DNA of 64,000 bases, taken from contig JAUZTB010000071.1 of assembly GCA_034780895.1 (NCBI GenBank), positions 15,317,227 to 15,381,226 on the forward strand, given 5' to 3'. A program made the translations under genes and the position numbers. Positions 11,986 to 23,200 of the stretch are shown one piece after another (the first letter of the stretch is position 1; each line of letters begins with the position of its first letter). Below the pieces are notes generated by a model. The model searched no databases, had not been told where the DNA came from, and was given only the letters and a program-made list of their open reading frames with translations. This stretch comes from Rhynchobatus australiae (taxonomy: Eukaryota).

Positions 11986-14137
11986 CTCAAAACAAAAGTA
12001 AGCAAAGAGGATTTTTAGTTCAAATTACTGTCATATATAAAGCTTAAAACTAAATTTAGAATTATACTAAAATTTTAATCAGTCTTAGCTTAGGCAGGAA
12101 TGTAAGCAGGCATTTAAACCTGACTGCTGTTGGAGAGGCACATTAGAAGGGCATATCTTAATACCAATGCAAGATTAAGTATGCATTCTTAATAACTATC
12201 CTCTTCCCCACAACCCATGCATTTCCCTAAGATCACTTATTCCAAAATATTATGCAGCTATTTATAAATATATTCAATTGCAGTTAGAGATAGTATTCCA
12301 GGTTGCAAATGTCTATTAAAAACAAAGTGAATAATATAGATTTTTAAACCATAAGGATAAATTTACAGATCAATAACTATTGAAATAATAGTCTAGTTTT
12401 GCAGATAGTTTGACTAGCAATGTAATGGATAAAGGTTCATTAGGGTGTTTTCTACATGAGGATTGTTCCTGACCTTGGCCACATTATGATTTATCCCTAC
12501 AGTGTCATGGGTAAGATATCACATTTCTAGAAAATCCTGATAAAGTATCTCATCCTGTTAGGTTTTTCTGCTAGCAAAGCAGTAATACTGCATGAGGGAA
12601 TCATGATCTAGCACATTTTGCCATAAGCTGATTAAGGAAATAATCACAAGGTCAGTGTTTTAACCAAGTATGATTTATATATTATTCAGCAGAGAACCCG
12701 AGTAAGCAAAATATTTTTGCAAGATTAGCCTCAAAGTATTAAGCTTGAGTTGAAGATTCCAAGGGAAGAAGGTCTCGGACATAATTTGCTGTCAGCAGCC
12801 ATTTTCCCCTGAAAGAAAATTTCAGCAAATAATCACATCAGAGGTGTGAACATCTGCCAATTTTAATATTTGTTGTATTGCTAGAAATACAAACTGTTGA
12901 TTAACATTGCTCTATCATTCCCACAAATTGTATGATTTTATTTACCTTTCAGGTTTCCATTTTCTGAGATCAGTTCAAAAACAACAATACAATGTCAATA
13001 TTTGGTGTCAAGTTATTCACAAAATTTGTTTACTATTCTTTCTAATCTCTTAACAGAATGTACAGTAACAAATTTGTATTTTAGTACAAATCAGTTTTGC
13101 CACAAAATCGTTTGACTCAAAAACAGTGGGTCTAAATACATCTAACCAATCTCTTGATGAATCACTGCCAATATTCAAGAATCAGATCCATATAATGATA
13201 ATGTTTCCTCATTCCCCAGCATCACAATCCCCTCTCTCCCCACTTACACCTGCTCAAACATTCACAAACCATCATATCATAGCTAATTTAATCTGTTTTG
13301 ATCCACATGTGCATTCTTGGTTTTCTTTAGTTTTCATTCCTTTTGTCAGGGTTAAACTAATTTGACAGAAGACTAAAGTGCTTTGGATAGATAGCACTGC
13401 AACCTAATGCATTTTGTAATAGAGTAGTGCTGTTAGTGTGCAGTCCTAATGTACATTACATCATACTTCCAGTCACAAGAGTACACAATCTTCTTGTTAA
13501 CATACTTTGTCCTTGGCTCTAGTTTTACTTATCTTGGGTTTCACAGCATGAAGTTGTTGAAGGCACATTCCTATGCCATTACACAAAATTCTTGGCTGTA
13601 AATTACAGATTATTATTATAGTGTATGTGTTCAACTTAAATTGATCAATTTGCCCATTAGATATTAATGAATGGACAGTTGTATGAACTGTCTGAACTTG
13701 ATATATAAATCTACATTAAATTTAATCAGTGAAAATTGCACTGTTAGGTTATTCCTCCAATGTAAATATTGAAAATAGAATTCTGAAAGGCCACCTTAAA
13801 ATTATCTAAATGCTTTTAATGAGCTCTTTTCCCTGTCCTCCCTCATATGCCTGGTGCCAGTTACAAGAGGTTAATGGATTTCACTGTCTAGAAATTTAAG
13901 CCTATTTATTCATTTCTCAACCTTAACTCCCCTGCTTCCTGACTACATCCAGCTCATTGTCCACACAAAACACAAGCTATTGTTGCACTTTTTTTCACGC
14001 AAGTATTCATGGGTCTCATCTCCCCTGTTAGATTTTCTATATAATTTAGTAGGTGACCACTTAACTCAAATAGTCTGCATCCACTTCTTGTACACTTCTA
14101 TCTCTTTTCAGAGTTACCTGAATCCAAATCAAATTCA

Positions 14138-14424
14138 GGCATGGTAGTGTAGTGGTTAGCATAATGCTTTACAGTGCCAGCACCCCGGGTTCAATTCCAG
14201 CTGCTGTCTGTAAGGAGTTTGTACAGTCTCCCTATGTCTGCATGGGTTTCCTCTGGGTGCTCCGGTTTCCTCCCACATTCCAAAGACGTATGGGTTAGGA
14301 GCTATGGGCATGTTATGTTGGCATCAGAAGCATGGCGACACTTGCAGGCTGCCCCCAGAACATTCTACGCAAAGGTGCATTTCACTGTGTTTTGATGTAC
14401 ATGTGACTAATAAAAATCTCTTAA
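14138..14424 (+). mobile_element. Young V-SINE, full length, Rex1-type tail
   Basis: tRNA head (tagtgtagtggtt..gggttcaattcc), V-core, tail gcatttcactgtgttttgatgtacatgtgactaataaa. Confidence 0.9.
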
Positions 14425-15242
14425 TACCTGCACAGGCCCTAACATTTTTACTGGTTATACAATCGGTACAACTTGCTCTGCAAATATGCATGTGTGCATT
14501 GGCTGGTACATTACAACAATGGCAACACATTGTACCTGAAAAAAAGATGGTAACAATGCCGATTTATCTGTTCCTACACTTTTTGGACAGTTTCTCTAAA
14601 GCGATAGAGTTTATAGACTGTATTCAGGATGGGAATAGGTGAATAGGGTATTTTAAATCCAGTATTGTGTAATAAGACAGGTTAATTCATGATCTCATAG
14701 GAAAAGATCTACCAGGAAAGAGTAATCATATCACAGTAACATTTCAGATATTGACGTTGAGAAACTAGTGCCCTAAATTTAAATAAAGTCACTTACAATG
14801 GTATGAGAGCAGATTTGGTGAAAGTGGATTAGGTAAATAGATTTAAGAGTAGGACAAACATTTAAGGAGATACTTTACAAATCTCAGCAAAGGCATATTC
14901 CAGTGAGAAAGGAAGCTTGCTGGAGAAGAATGAATCATCTGTACCTAACTAAGGAAGTTAAGGATGGTATTAAATTTAGAGAAAAGGCTGACAAAGTTAT
15001 GAAGATTAGTGGTGGGCCAGAGGATTAGGATTTTTTTAGAAATCAGCAAATGGTGACTGAAAAAATTATAGAGGAAGAAGACAGAATGAGAGGAAATATT
15101 ATAACAAATATTATAAAAGCAGATAGTAAGAGATCCCACAGGNNNNNNNNNNNNNNNNNNNNNNNNNNNNNNNNNNNNNNNNNNNNNNNNNNNNNNNNNN
15201 NNNNNNNNNNNNNNNNNNNNNNNNNNNNNNNNNNNNNNNNNN

Positions 15243-15461
15243 GAGTTTGTACGTTCTCCCCGTGTCTGTGTGGGTTTCCTCCAGGTGCTCCAGTTTCCTC
15301 CCACACTCCAAAGACGTACTGGATAGGAAGTTGTGGGTGTGCTATGTTGGCGTCGGAAGTGTGGTGACACTTGCGGGCTGTCCCCAGAACACTCCACACA
15401 AAAGATGCATTTCATTGTGTGTTTCGATATACATGTGACTAAAAGATATCTTATCTTATTT
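15243..15461 (+). mobile_element. Young V-SINE (5' end in gap), Rex1-type tail
   Basis: V-core plus tail gatgcatttcattgtgtgtttcgatatacatgtgact..(atctt)n. Confidence 0.88.
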
Positions 15462-16427
15462 ATTGTCACTGACTTATATGATGTGAAATTTGTTGTTCCA
15501 GCCACTTTTTTAAAAGCGAATCTTTAATCATCCCTCTGCTACAATTTCTATTCCATTTCTAATCTCCAACTTTCACTTCCCATTCGGCTTCTGGAGATGT
15601 TAACTTCTTGTCCACTAGATCCTGTTTGAATCTGGTTTTTATCTAGACCACACAACTGGCACAATCCTGACGAAAGCAGACCACAATATTCTGTTGGACT
15701 GGCACAGTGCCCTGCCCATTTCTGCAACCACATCCTCCTCTTCCCCTGTCCATTTTGCTGGCACTATCCCAACCCAACCACATTCCTACCTGGCCAAAAT
15801 GTCATGCTCATTCTTGCAAAGGTTCCTTCTCCTGCATCCATACAATCATCCACAATGTGCCTCGGGATTCCTTCATAGGATGAAACTCTGCCTAAGTTTT
15901 AATTCCTCCCTCTTTCTGTATTTTAATTCAAATTTAACTCTTTGATTTGGCTCAAAATTTGAATTGGACCTCAAACGCTACAATCATACTCCACCAAGAT
16001 CAGCCACTTCCTCCTTTAAAATATGGCTCTCCACCATACCTGCCTCATTCCCGTGCCACTAAAATCTTTTGGCAGATTCATGTCTAATGTTTGCAATATC
16101 TTATTTTCTCGTCACCTAGCCTTCCACCACCAGAAGCTTCAATATGATCTGAAGTCAACTAACCTACACAAATTTCCATTCACTATCAGCCCATCCTACT
16201 TAAATTGATTGACAGCATAACCACTCATCTTGCAAACCCATTCCAGACATTATTCCTCTTGGCTGTGAGCCACAGTTCCTTCAATTTTAATCTACTGTGT
16301 GTTCCCCATTCCCTCCTCTGCCATCCCAGGCAGATTCGTCAGGTGTTTGGTTTTGTCAATAGCTTCAGCCCAAATTCAAATACCTTTTAATATCTTCCAT
16401 CCACCTTTATAAATTTTCATCAAATTA

Positions 16428-16563
16428 AATTTTTTTTTTTTTTTAATTTTATTTACAGCATGGTAACAGGCCCTTCCGGCCCAGCAAGTCCGCGCCGCCC
16501 ATTTTAAACCCATGTTAACCTACCCGTACATCTTTGGAATGTGGGAGGAAACTGGAGCACCCG
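16428..16563 (-). mobile_element. Young V-SINE variant with CR1-type tail and poly(A)
   Basis: Reverse complement: gtgctccagtttcctcccacattccaaagatgtacgggtaggttaacatgggtttaaaatgggcggcgcggacttgctgggccggaagggcctgttaccatgctgtaaataaaa..(A)n. Confidence 0.8.
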
Positions 16564-17379
16564 NNNNNNNNNNNNNNNNNNNNNNNNNNNNNNNNNNNNN
16601 NNNNNNNNNNNNNNNNNNNNNNNNNNNNNNNNNNNNNNNNNNNNNNNNNNNNNNNNNNNNNNNCTATTAAGTTACTGGCACTATACAAATATAGATAGCT
16701 TTATTCCATAATGAAATTATATTTTTTCTTTCAGTTACAAGTATACAATTTGTAAACTAAATGATTAAAGCAAACACTTCTCTTGTCAAATAGTTTTTTC
16801 TGCTGAAAGTCTTCAAAATTTTGATTTAATTGGCACAAATTTATTTCCATTCTCAATACAATTCACTTCATAATCCTAGCAATATGTTAACTTGAACACA
16901 TAATATATACTGAAATGTTGAAGTCTCTTTCCATATAATTGCAGGGTGAAGATTGTAATGGTATGTTTTTGTGGTTGTTTATTTGCTCATATGATGCTAA
17001 CACTTCAATGCAAAACTGAGGAAGCACTGAACTGTTGATTGAGATATTAAGCCTCAGCTCCATGTGCCTTAGTGTCGTATTTGACCCCAAGATGAGCCTT
17101 AAATCAGATGTACATGCCTTCACTGGGAATGCCGAATCACACTTACTTAACATCATCTGATTGCATCCTTGCTGTGGATAACATTTCCATATGCTATTTA
17201 ATCACTTATCCAATCTTTTGCTATTTCTAGATTTAGCGTTAGGGCTACAAGGCTGATTGGGTAAATGGTCTACAAAAAATTCCTAATGTGGTTTAAAATA
17301 TATTTTCCAGAAATTGTTCATTTCTTTTTAGCTAACTTCCTACCTTCCATCTTTCTATAACCATCCAAAACTGTTTCCC

Positions 17380-17858
17380 ATTACCTCACTCACAGCAAGT
17401 CCTGTTCACCCTTCATCCCTGTGCTCACTGATTTATGATGACTGTCTGATAAGTAATCTCTCAATTTAAAAAAAATGTTGCTTGTTTTCAAATCCTTCAG
17501 TCTCTTTCTATGTAGTAAGGAAATATATGAAATATCTCTGTGAANNNNNNNNNNNNNNNNNNNNNNNNNNNNNNNNNNNNNNNNNNNNNNNNNNNNNNNN
17601 NNNNNNNNNNNNNNNNNNNNNNNNNNNNNNNNNNNNNNNNNNNNTGAAATATCTCTGTGAACTTCTTTATTCCTCCACTGCTGTGACATTTCTGCACTCA
17701 TCCAGTTTTGGATATCCCTGGTCTTAATTGCTCTGCCATTAATAGCAATATCTCCAACTGCTGAGGCTCTCAGCTCTGGAATTCCTTCCCAAACCTACCC
17801 TCCTGGACTTTTCATTCCTCCTTTGAGGAGTTCCTTAAAACCTACGTTTTTGATCAAG
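17380..17858 (+). mobile_element. L2-clade LINE 3' fragment
   Basis: gttcaccc..atccctgtgctcactga..ttgttttcaaatcc..ctctggaattccttcccaaacct..ccttaaaacctac.tttttga.caag resembles the shark L2 3' end. Confidence 0.65.
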
Positions 17859-18010
17859 TTAATGTTTCAGGAAAATGATCCTTCATCAGAAATGATGATT
17901 ATTGACCTGAAACTTCAACAGTGTTTCTTTCTCTGCAGATGCTGCCTGATCTGCTGAGTATTTCCAGCACTTTCTGGATTATATTTCAGATTTCCAGCAT
18001 CTTATTTTTT
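17858..18010. mobile_element. Penelope-like palindromic terminal repeat remnant
   Basis: gttaatgtttcagg..ccttcatcagaa followed by gacctgaaac..aacagtgtttctttctctgcagatgctgcctgatctgctgagtatttccagca. Confidence 0.65.
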
Positions 18011-18499
18011 TATGTTCAACCCTTGCCCAAGCCTTGGTCAGCTGTACCAATCAATATCAGATTATCAGAGTTTTATATTGTCCTGGGCCATTTTACAAAG
18101 CCAACGCTCCTATATAAGAACAAGATTTTTGTTTATTCATATGACTGCAAAGATCCCAAGTAACATTTTTTCAAAAAAGTGGAGGATCTTCCTCTGCCTT
18201 GGCCAAAATTCTCTCAAAGGCAGTTCTTTCAAAACTTGTTAGTCATTTACTTTATTATTCGTAAGACTTGGCAGTGAGCACTTGGTTATCACATGCATCC
18301 ACAAGACAATGCTGACTGTTACTTCCCATAACCAAAGCACCAATAACAACTAAACATGAAATGTACAATGAAGCAACAACTGGATACTATATAAGGAACA
18401 CTTAATCTTTCTCTCTTGAAGATCACACCTTCCTTGATTATTCAGGAAAATGTGCATTAAACAAAATGCACCAATATGTGACTTTGTTTCTTTTTGTTC

Positions 18500-18681
18500 T
18501 GATTGTGTTCGTTTTTTGTAAAAATTCTGGATATTTTGTTTAATTTATGTTTTACTTGTGAATGTTTAATTTGTGGATTTCTTATGTATCTGATGCTATG
18601 TGCCTTTGATGCTGCTGCAAGTAAGATTTTCATTGTACCTGTGCATATATGTACTTGTGCAAATGACAACTTTGACTTTGA
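18500..18681 (+). mobile_element. Rex1/Babar LINE 3' UTR/tail
   Basis: gatgctgctgcaagtaagattttcattgtacctgtgcat..gtacttgtgcaaatgacaa(ctttga)n. Confidence 0.6.
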
Positions 18682-18739
18682 TATGGGATTTTTGGAATTT
18701 TTTTTTCTAAAATAAAAATACCTTGATCTCCTATGTGAC

Positions 18740-18914
18740 ATCATGATCAAGAGTCTCAACCTGAAATGTTGACTTTCCATTTCCCTACATAGGTGCTGCC
18801 TGACCCTCAGAGTTCCTCCAGCATCTTGTGTGTTGCTGATGATCAGCATGTTCAGTGGTACACCAGAGCAACAAACAATCTGCTGGAAGAACTCAGCAGC
18901 TTGAGCAGCATCTG
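18740..18914. mobile_element. Two Penelope-like terminal repeat fragments in opposite orientation
   Basis: tgctgcctgacc..gagttcctccagcatc (18795-18825) and aaacaatctgctggaagaactcagcagcttgagcagcatctg (18873-18914). Confidence 0.65.
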
Positions 18915-19283
18915 ATCATAGAACAGTACAGCTCAGGAACAGGCCCTTCAGCTCACAATGTTGTGCCGAACTAAACTAGTAACTAAAAGCCTAACTAAAC
19001 TAATCTCTATGCTACACAAGGCCATATCTCTCCATTCTCTGCAATATTCATGTACCTATCTTAAACGCCTCTATTGTATTTGCCTCCACTACAACCCCTG
19101 GCAGCACATTCCAAGCATCCATCACTCTCTGTGTAAACAAAATTTGCCCCGCACATCTCCTTTGAACTTTTCCCCTCTCACCTTAAATGTATGCCCTCAG
19201 TATTAGACATTTCAACCCTGGGGAAAAGATACCAGCTGTCCACTTGATATATGCCCCCCCATAATCTTGTAAACTTCCATCAG
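18915..19283 (-). mobile_element. CR1 LINE 3' end
   Basis: catagaacagtacagc..aacaggcccttcagc.cacaatgttgtgccgaac..ccaccactctctgtgtaaa-like..tcctttgaacttttcccctctcaccttaaa. Confidence 0.85.
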
Positions 19284-19285
19284 GC

Positions 19286-19695
19286 ACACACCGAGACAGA
19301 CATCAAATGCTGCTGGAAGGTCATCAGTTAGGTGAAAGAAGCCCTTTGGTCTGCCCGAAAATTGTTGGTCATCCAGCACAGCGAGATGTCAGTAAGGGAA
19401 TGCTACTGACTGGCACAGTCCAGGCTGCAGTACGCGCTGAGGGACGCACTGAAGCTCGGTGCAGCCAATGCAAAGGCTCTGTGAGGAAGGACCACAGTTT
19501 AGCCTCCTTCCGCTACTGCACATGGAGGGTGGGCAAGCCCCTCAAACAATGAAAGGGTGTATCACCCCAGGGTACCACATAAGTGGCAATGGTGCTATGA
19601 TTTAAAAAAAGTTAACACTACTAAATGCAATGACCATGAATGTGAATGATGAATAATAAATGATTTTATTATGAATGAAATTTGAAATAAAAAAT
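19286..19695 (+). mobile_element. Tx1-clade (L1 superfamily) LINE 3' end
   Basis: Frame from cacaccgag reads HTETDIKCCWKVIS*VKEALWSARKLLVIQHSEMSVRECY*LAQSRLQYALRDALKLGAANAKAL*GRTTV*. This resembles a Tx1 ORF2 C-terminus with stops, followed by a short 3' UTR and A-rich end. Confidence 0.7.
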
Positions 19696-19753
19696 AAACT
19701 TCTATCAGGTCTCCCCTCAGCCTCTTTTATATCCTATCAGACAGAACAGGCAT

Positions 19754-19818
19754 CAGATGCTGCTCGACCTGCTGAGTTCCTCCAGCAGATTGTTTGCTGC
19801 TCCAGGTCCCAGCATCTA
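19754..19818. mobile_element. Penelope-like terminal repeat fragment abutting the promoter
   Basis: cagatgctgctcgacctgctgagttcctccagcagattgtttgctgc is the reverse complement of 18868-18914 with ~4 mismatches. Confidence 0.65.
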
Positions 19819-19825
19819 CCAGCTG

Positions 19826-20275
19826 CAGCGCAGAGTAACGGGAGAGCTCTGCGCATGCGTAGTTCGCGGGAGGGGGCGGGGGTAGAGTTCGGCAAAGCTC
19901 GGCTCCGCTCGGCTCCTCTCGTGGTTGTCCCCATCCGAGCTCCCGTATTACCCGGCGTGCAGCTTGAGGCAAGATGGAGGAGCCGAGCGGCTGAGGGATG
20001 TTGACAAACTAGAGACCGAATCGGGCCTTAAATCGGGGGGAGCGGCGATGCGAGGTAGGCGGGGGGCGCGGCCGGGCAGCTCCCCCGGCCGGGCGGCCGG
20101 CGGGCGGGCGATGGGGGCGCGGGGGACCCGAGCGCAGTGCCCGAGAGTCGGCCGGCAGTGGCGGCGGACAAAGCGGCCTGGAGCTCGGCGGAGAGTCCCC
20201 GGTCCTCCCCGGGAGCCACGCCGGGCGCCGCGCACACCAGCGCGGGAGGGAGCCCGACCCCGCGGCCGCCCCGCT
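19826..20275 (+). promoter_or_regulatory. znf281: CpG island / TATA-less promoter of znf281
   Basis: Only strongly GC/CpG-rich segment in the window. Contains NRF1-like TGCGCATGCG (19850-19859), GC-box gggagggggcggggg (19868-19882) and YY1-like caagatgg (19970-19977); runs into a 920-N gap. Confidence 0.85.
19900..20054 (+). other. znf281: Putative non-coding exon 1 of znf281 (start approximate)
   Basis: Donor GAG|GTAGGC at 20054/20055 inside the CpG island; matching acceptor ctcattactttag|G at 24871/24872 upstream of the ATG. TSS not determinable; more UTR exons could lie in the gap. Confidence 0.6.
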
Positions 20276-23200
20276 NNNNNNNNNNNNNNNNNNNNNNNNN
20301 NNNNNNNNNNNNNNNNNNNNNNNNNNNNNNNNNNNNNNNNNNNNNNNNNNNNNNNNNNNNNNNNNNNNNNNNNNNNNNNNNNNNNNNNNNNNNNNNNNNN
20401 NNNNNNNNNNNNNNNNNNNNNNNNNNNNNNNNNNNNNNNNNNNNNNNNNNNNNNNNNNNNNNNNNNNNNNNNNNNNNNNNNNNNNNNNNNNNNNNNNNNN
20501 NNNNNNNNNNNNNNNNNNNNNNNNNNNNNNNNNNNNNNNNNNNNNNNNNNNNNNNNNNNNNNNNNNNNNNNNNNNNNNNNNNNNNNNNNNNNNNNNNNNN
20601 NNNNNNNNNNNNNNNNNNNNNNNNNNNNNNNNNNNNNNNNNNNNNNNNNNNNNNNNNNNNNNNNNNNNNNNNNNNNNNNNNNNNNNNNNNNNNNNNNNNN
20701 NNNNNNNNNNNNNNNNNNNNNNNNNNNNNNNNNNNNNNNNNNNNNNNNNNNNNNNNNNNNNNNNNNNNNNNNNNNNNNNNNNNNNNNNNNNNNNNNNNNN
20801 NNNNNNNNNNNNNNNNNNNNNNNNNNNNNNNNNNNNNNNNNNNNNNNNNNNNNNNNNNNNNNNNNNNNNNNNNNNNNNNNNNNNNNNNNNNNNNNNNNNN
20901 NNNNNNNNNNNNNNNNNNNNNNNNNNNNNNNNNNNNNNNNNNNNNNNNNNNNNNNNNNNNNNNNNNNNNNNNNNNNNNNNNNNNNNNNNNNNNNNNNNNN
21001 NNNNNNNNNNNNNNNNNNNNNNNNNNNNNNNNNNNNNNNNNNNNNNNNNNNNNNNNNNNNNNNNNNNNNNNNNNNNNNNNNNNNNNNNNNNNNNNNNNNN
21101 NNNNNNNNNNNNNNNNNNNNNNNNNNNNNNNNNNNNNNNNNNNNNNNNNNNNNNNNNNNNNNNNNNNNNNNNNNNNNNNNNNNNNNNNNNNNNNNAAAAT
21201 GCCAAAAGTTAAACTTTTTGATGGTGTTGGACTACATAAATCATGAATCATAATCAGTACAGCAAAAGACACTTGTAGTGCTTAGTTTTGCCTTGTTCCT
21301 TTGTTTTGAATGTAAAACTAAATCTAGGAACTGCATAATTCTAGAAAACTGAGGTAAAGATTGGAAAACTCATGTTCCCGATTAGAAAAACAGTTTCCTG
21401 ATTTTTGCACTGCTCCAGCCTGGCTTTTGGATTATTTTAGAGCACACATTATTACTTAACGTGGGACTCTTCTGGGATATTTACTGAAATTGATGTCATG
21501 AGACAGCTTTGAAGAAGAGGAGAACATTCCCATTCTATTTTCTTTTATGGGAGAAGTATTTTGTACTGAAAATGCCCTCTCATCCGCACATTCTTTTCCA
21601 TTTTAAGAATCTAATCACTGACAAGGACATTGTGTATAAAGTGTGATTGGATACCTTCACTGAACAGTGTTTTGAAAGTGCAGAACCATGGGAGGATGTG
21701 CAGGAGATGTGCCTTCCTTGTAGCTCTTTACGACTTCCTTTCGTTCTTTTGGTGATCAACACAGCTGATCTATTTCAACATATTTTCTTTCTCAGGGAAA
21801 GCACGGTATACCTCAGACCATAGCATATAATAACACAAAAGGTTTAACATTTAAAATGTAATGGTGGGAAATAAAATCAAAACTTGAAATTATTGTGTCT
21901 TTAATGGAGCAAAATAATCCATGAATAGCATATAAACTTTTGCTTAAATTTTGTTAATTGGGAATAAATAATTAATTTATTGTTATAGTGGCAAAGGATT
22001 ATACAGCACAGAAAAAGCCCATCATTGCCAACCTTGTTAGGAAGTTTAGTTTGGAGATTTAATGAATGCAAAATTTCAACATGTATTAGAATATCCTTAG
22101 CTATCTAGCTGATGCACCTCTATTGATCACAATTACATGGAACATCTAAATCTGACTGTACAATCACATTACCCATGTCACTAGACTAGATTTTGTGGTC
22201 AGTGACAAACAAAATGCACAGGTCTTTCATTACACAAATTTGTCCACATACTATGGACTTTTGCACTGGAGTATACGGTGATTTAGAAATCCAAAACTCC
22301 ATTGGATCTACAGGTGGTGTCCTCCACTGGAAATTTGAGACTTGTATGCACAGGGCAAGTGACTGTTTACATCCTTAAGCAATTGGATTGAAGGATCTTA
22401 TTGAGGCAAGAAGTGTAAATTAGAATATTTATTTAATATCTAGACATGGCCAGAAAGCAAAATATAGGAAGGGGAAAGAAAAGTTAAAAATGTTTTTAAG
22501 TCTTCAATGCTTAAAATTGATAAGAATGAGGCACCAAACTTGTTAAAGTTTTCAGTGCCAGAGACGTTTGCAGTGATAAAACTTGTTTGTTAACTACTTG
22601 TTTTGTTCTTGAATGGAAAAGTCCAAGCTGTGTCCATAGTGTCATGGAAGTCAATCACTAAAGTGGTCTATACATGTGCATTTGTATATTTGAGTGCTAA
22701 ATTTCTTGGCAGTATCCCATTGGAACTAATGGAATCTTGATCAACTTCCTCACGTGTTAATTTTCCTATGTGGTTTGTTCCTTAATAATTTTGAGTACTG
22801 ATTGTTTCTTTTACCCAAAGAATCTGGGCATTTTATTTTACAAGCAAAAGTATATAATTATAAAAGTGTTTATCCACTTCTTAGAACTGCCATTCAGGTT
22901 CCACATTGATTTGTAGCAACAGCTCGCACTTATTGCAGATTCAACTTAATCTTGCAAATGTTCAGTAACTAGTATGAGCTCTTATATGAACTGCAGGTCT
23001 TTAATTTAATAAAAGATCTAGCAAAACTGTGACCAAGTCCTGGAATTTTCATCATGAAACTTGATCAAATATTCAACTTCAGTGTGAATAGTCAGGTACA
23101 GAGTTAGTCCAACAGTGGGCCACTTCCTGTAGATTGACAGAAGAGCAATGTTCATGCCAGATGAGCTAGCCTGAGGATGGAAAATAGTTGACTGCAGCAA

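Noticed and set aside
19925-21272. Long ORFs of 369-442 aa across the CpG island
   Set aside because: Mostly X from the N gap; the remainder is stop-poor GC-rich sequence with no recognisable protein. The same applies to all other gap-spanning ORFs.
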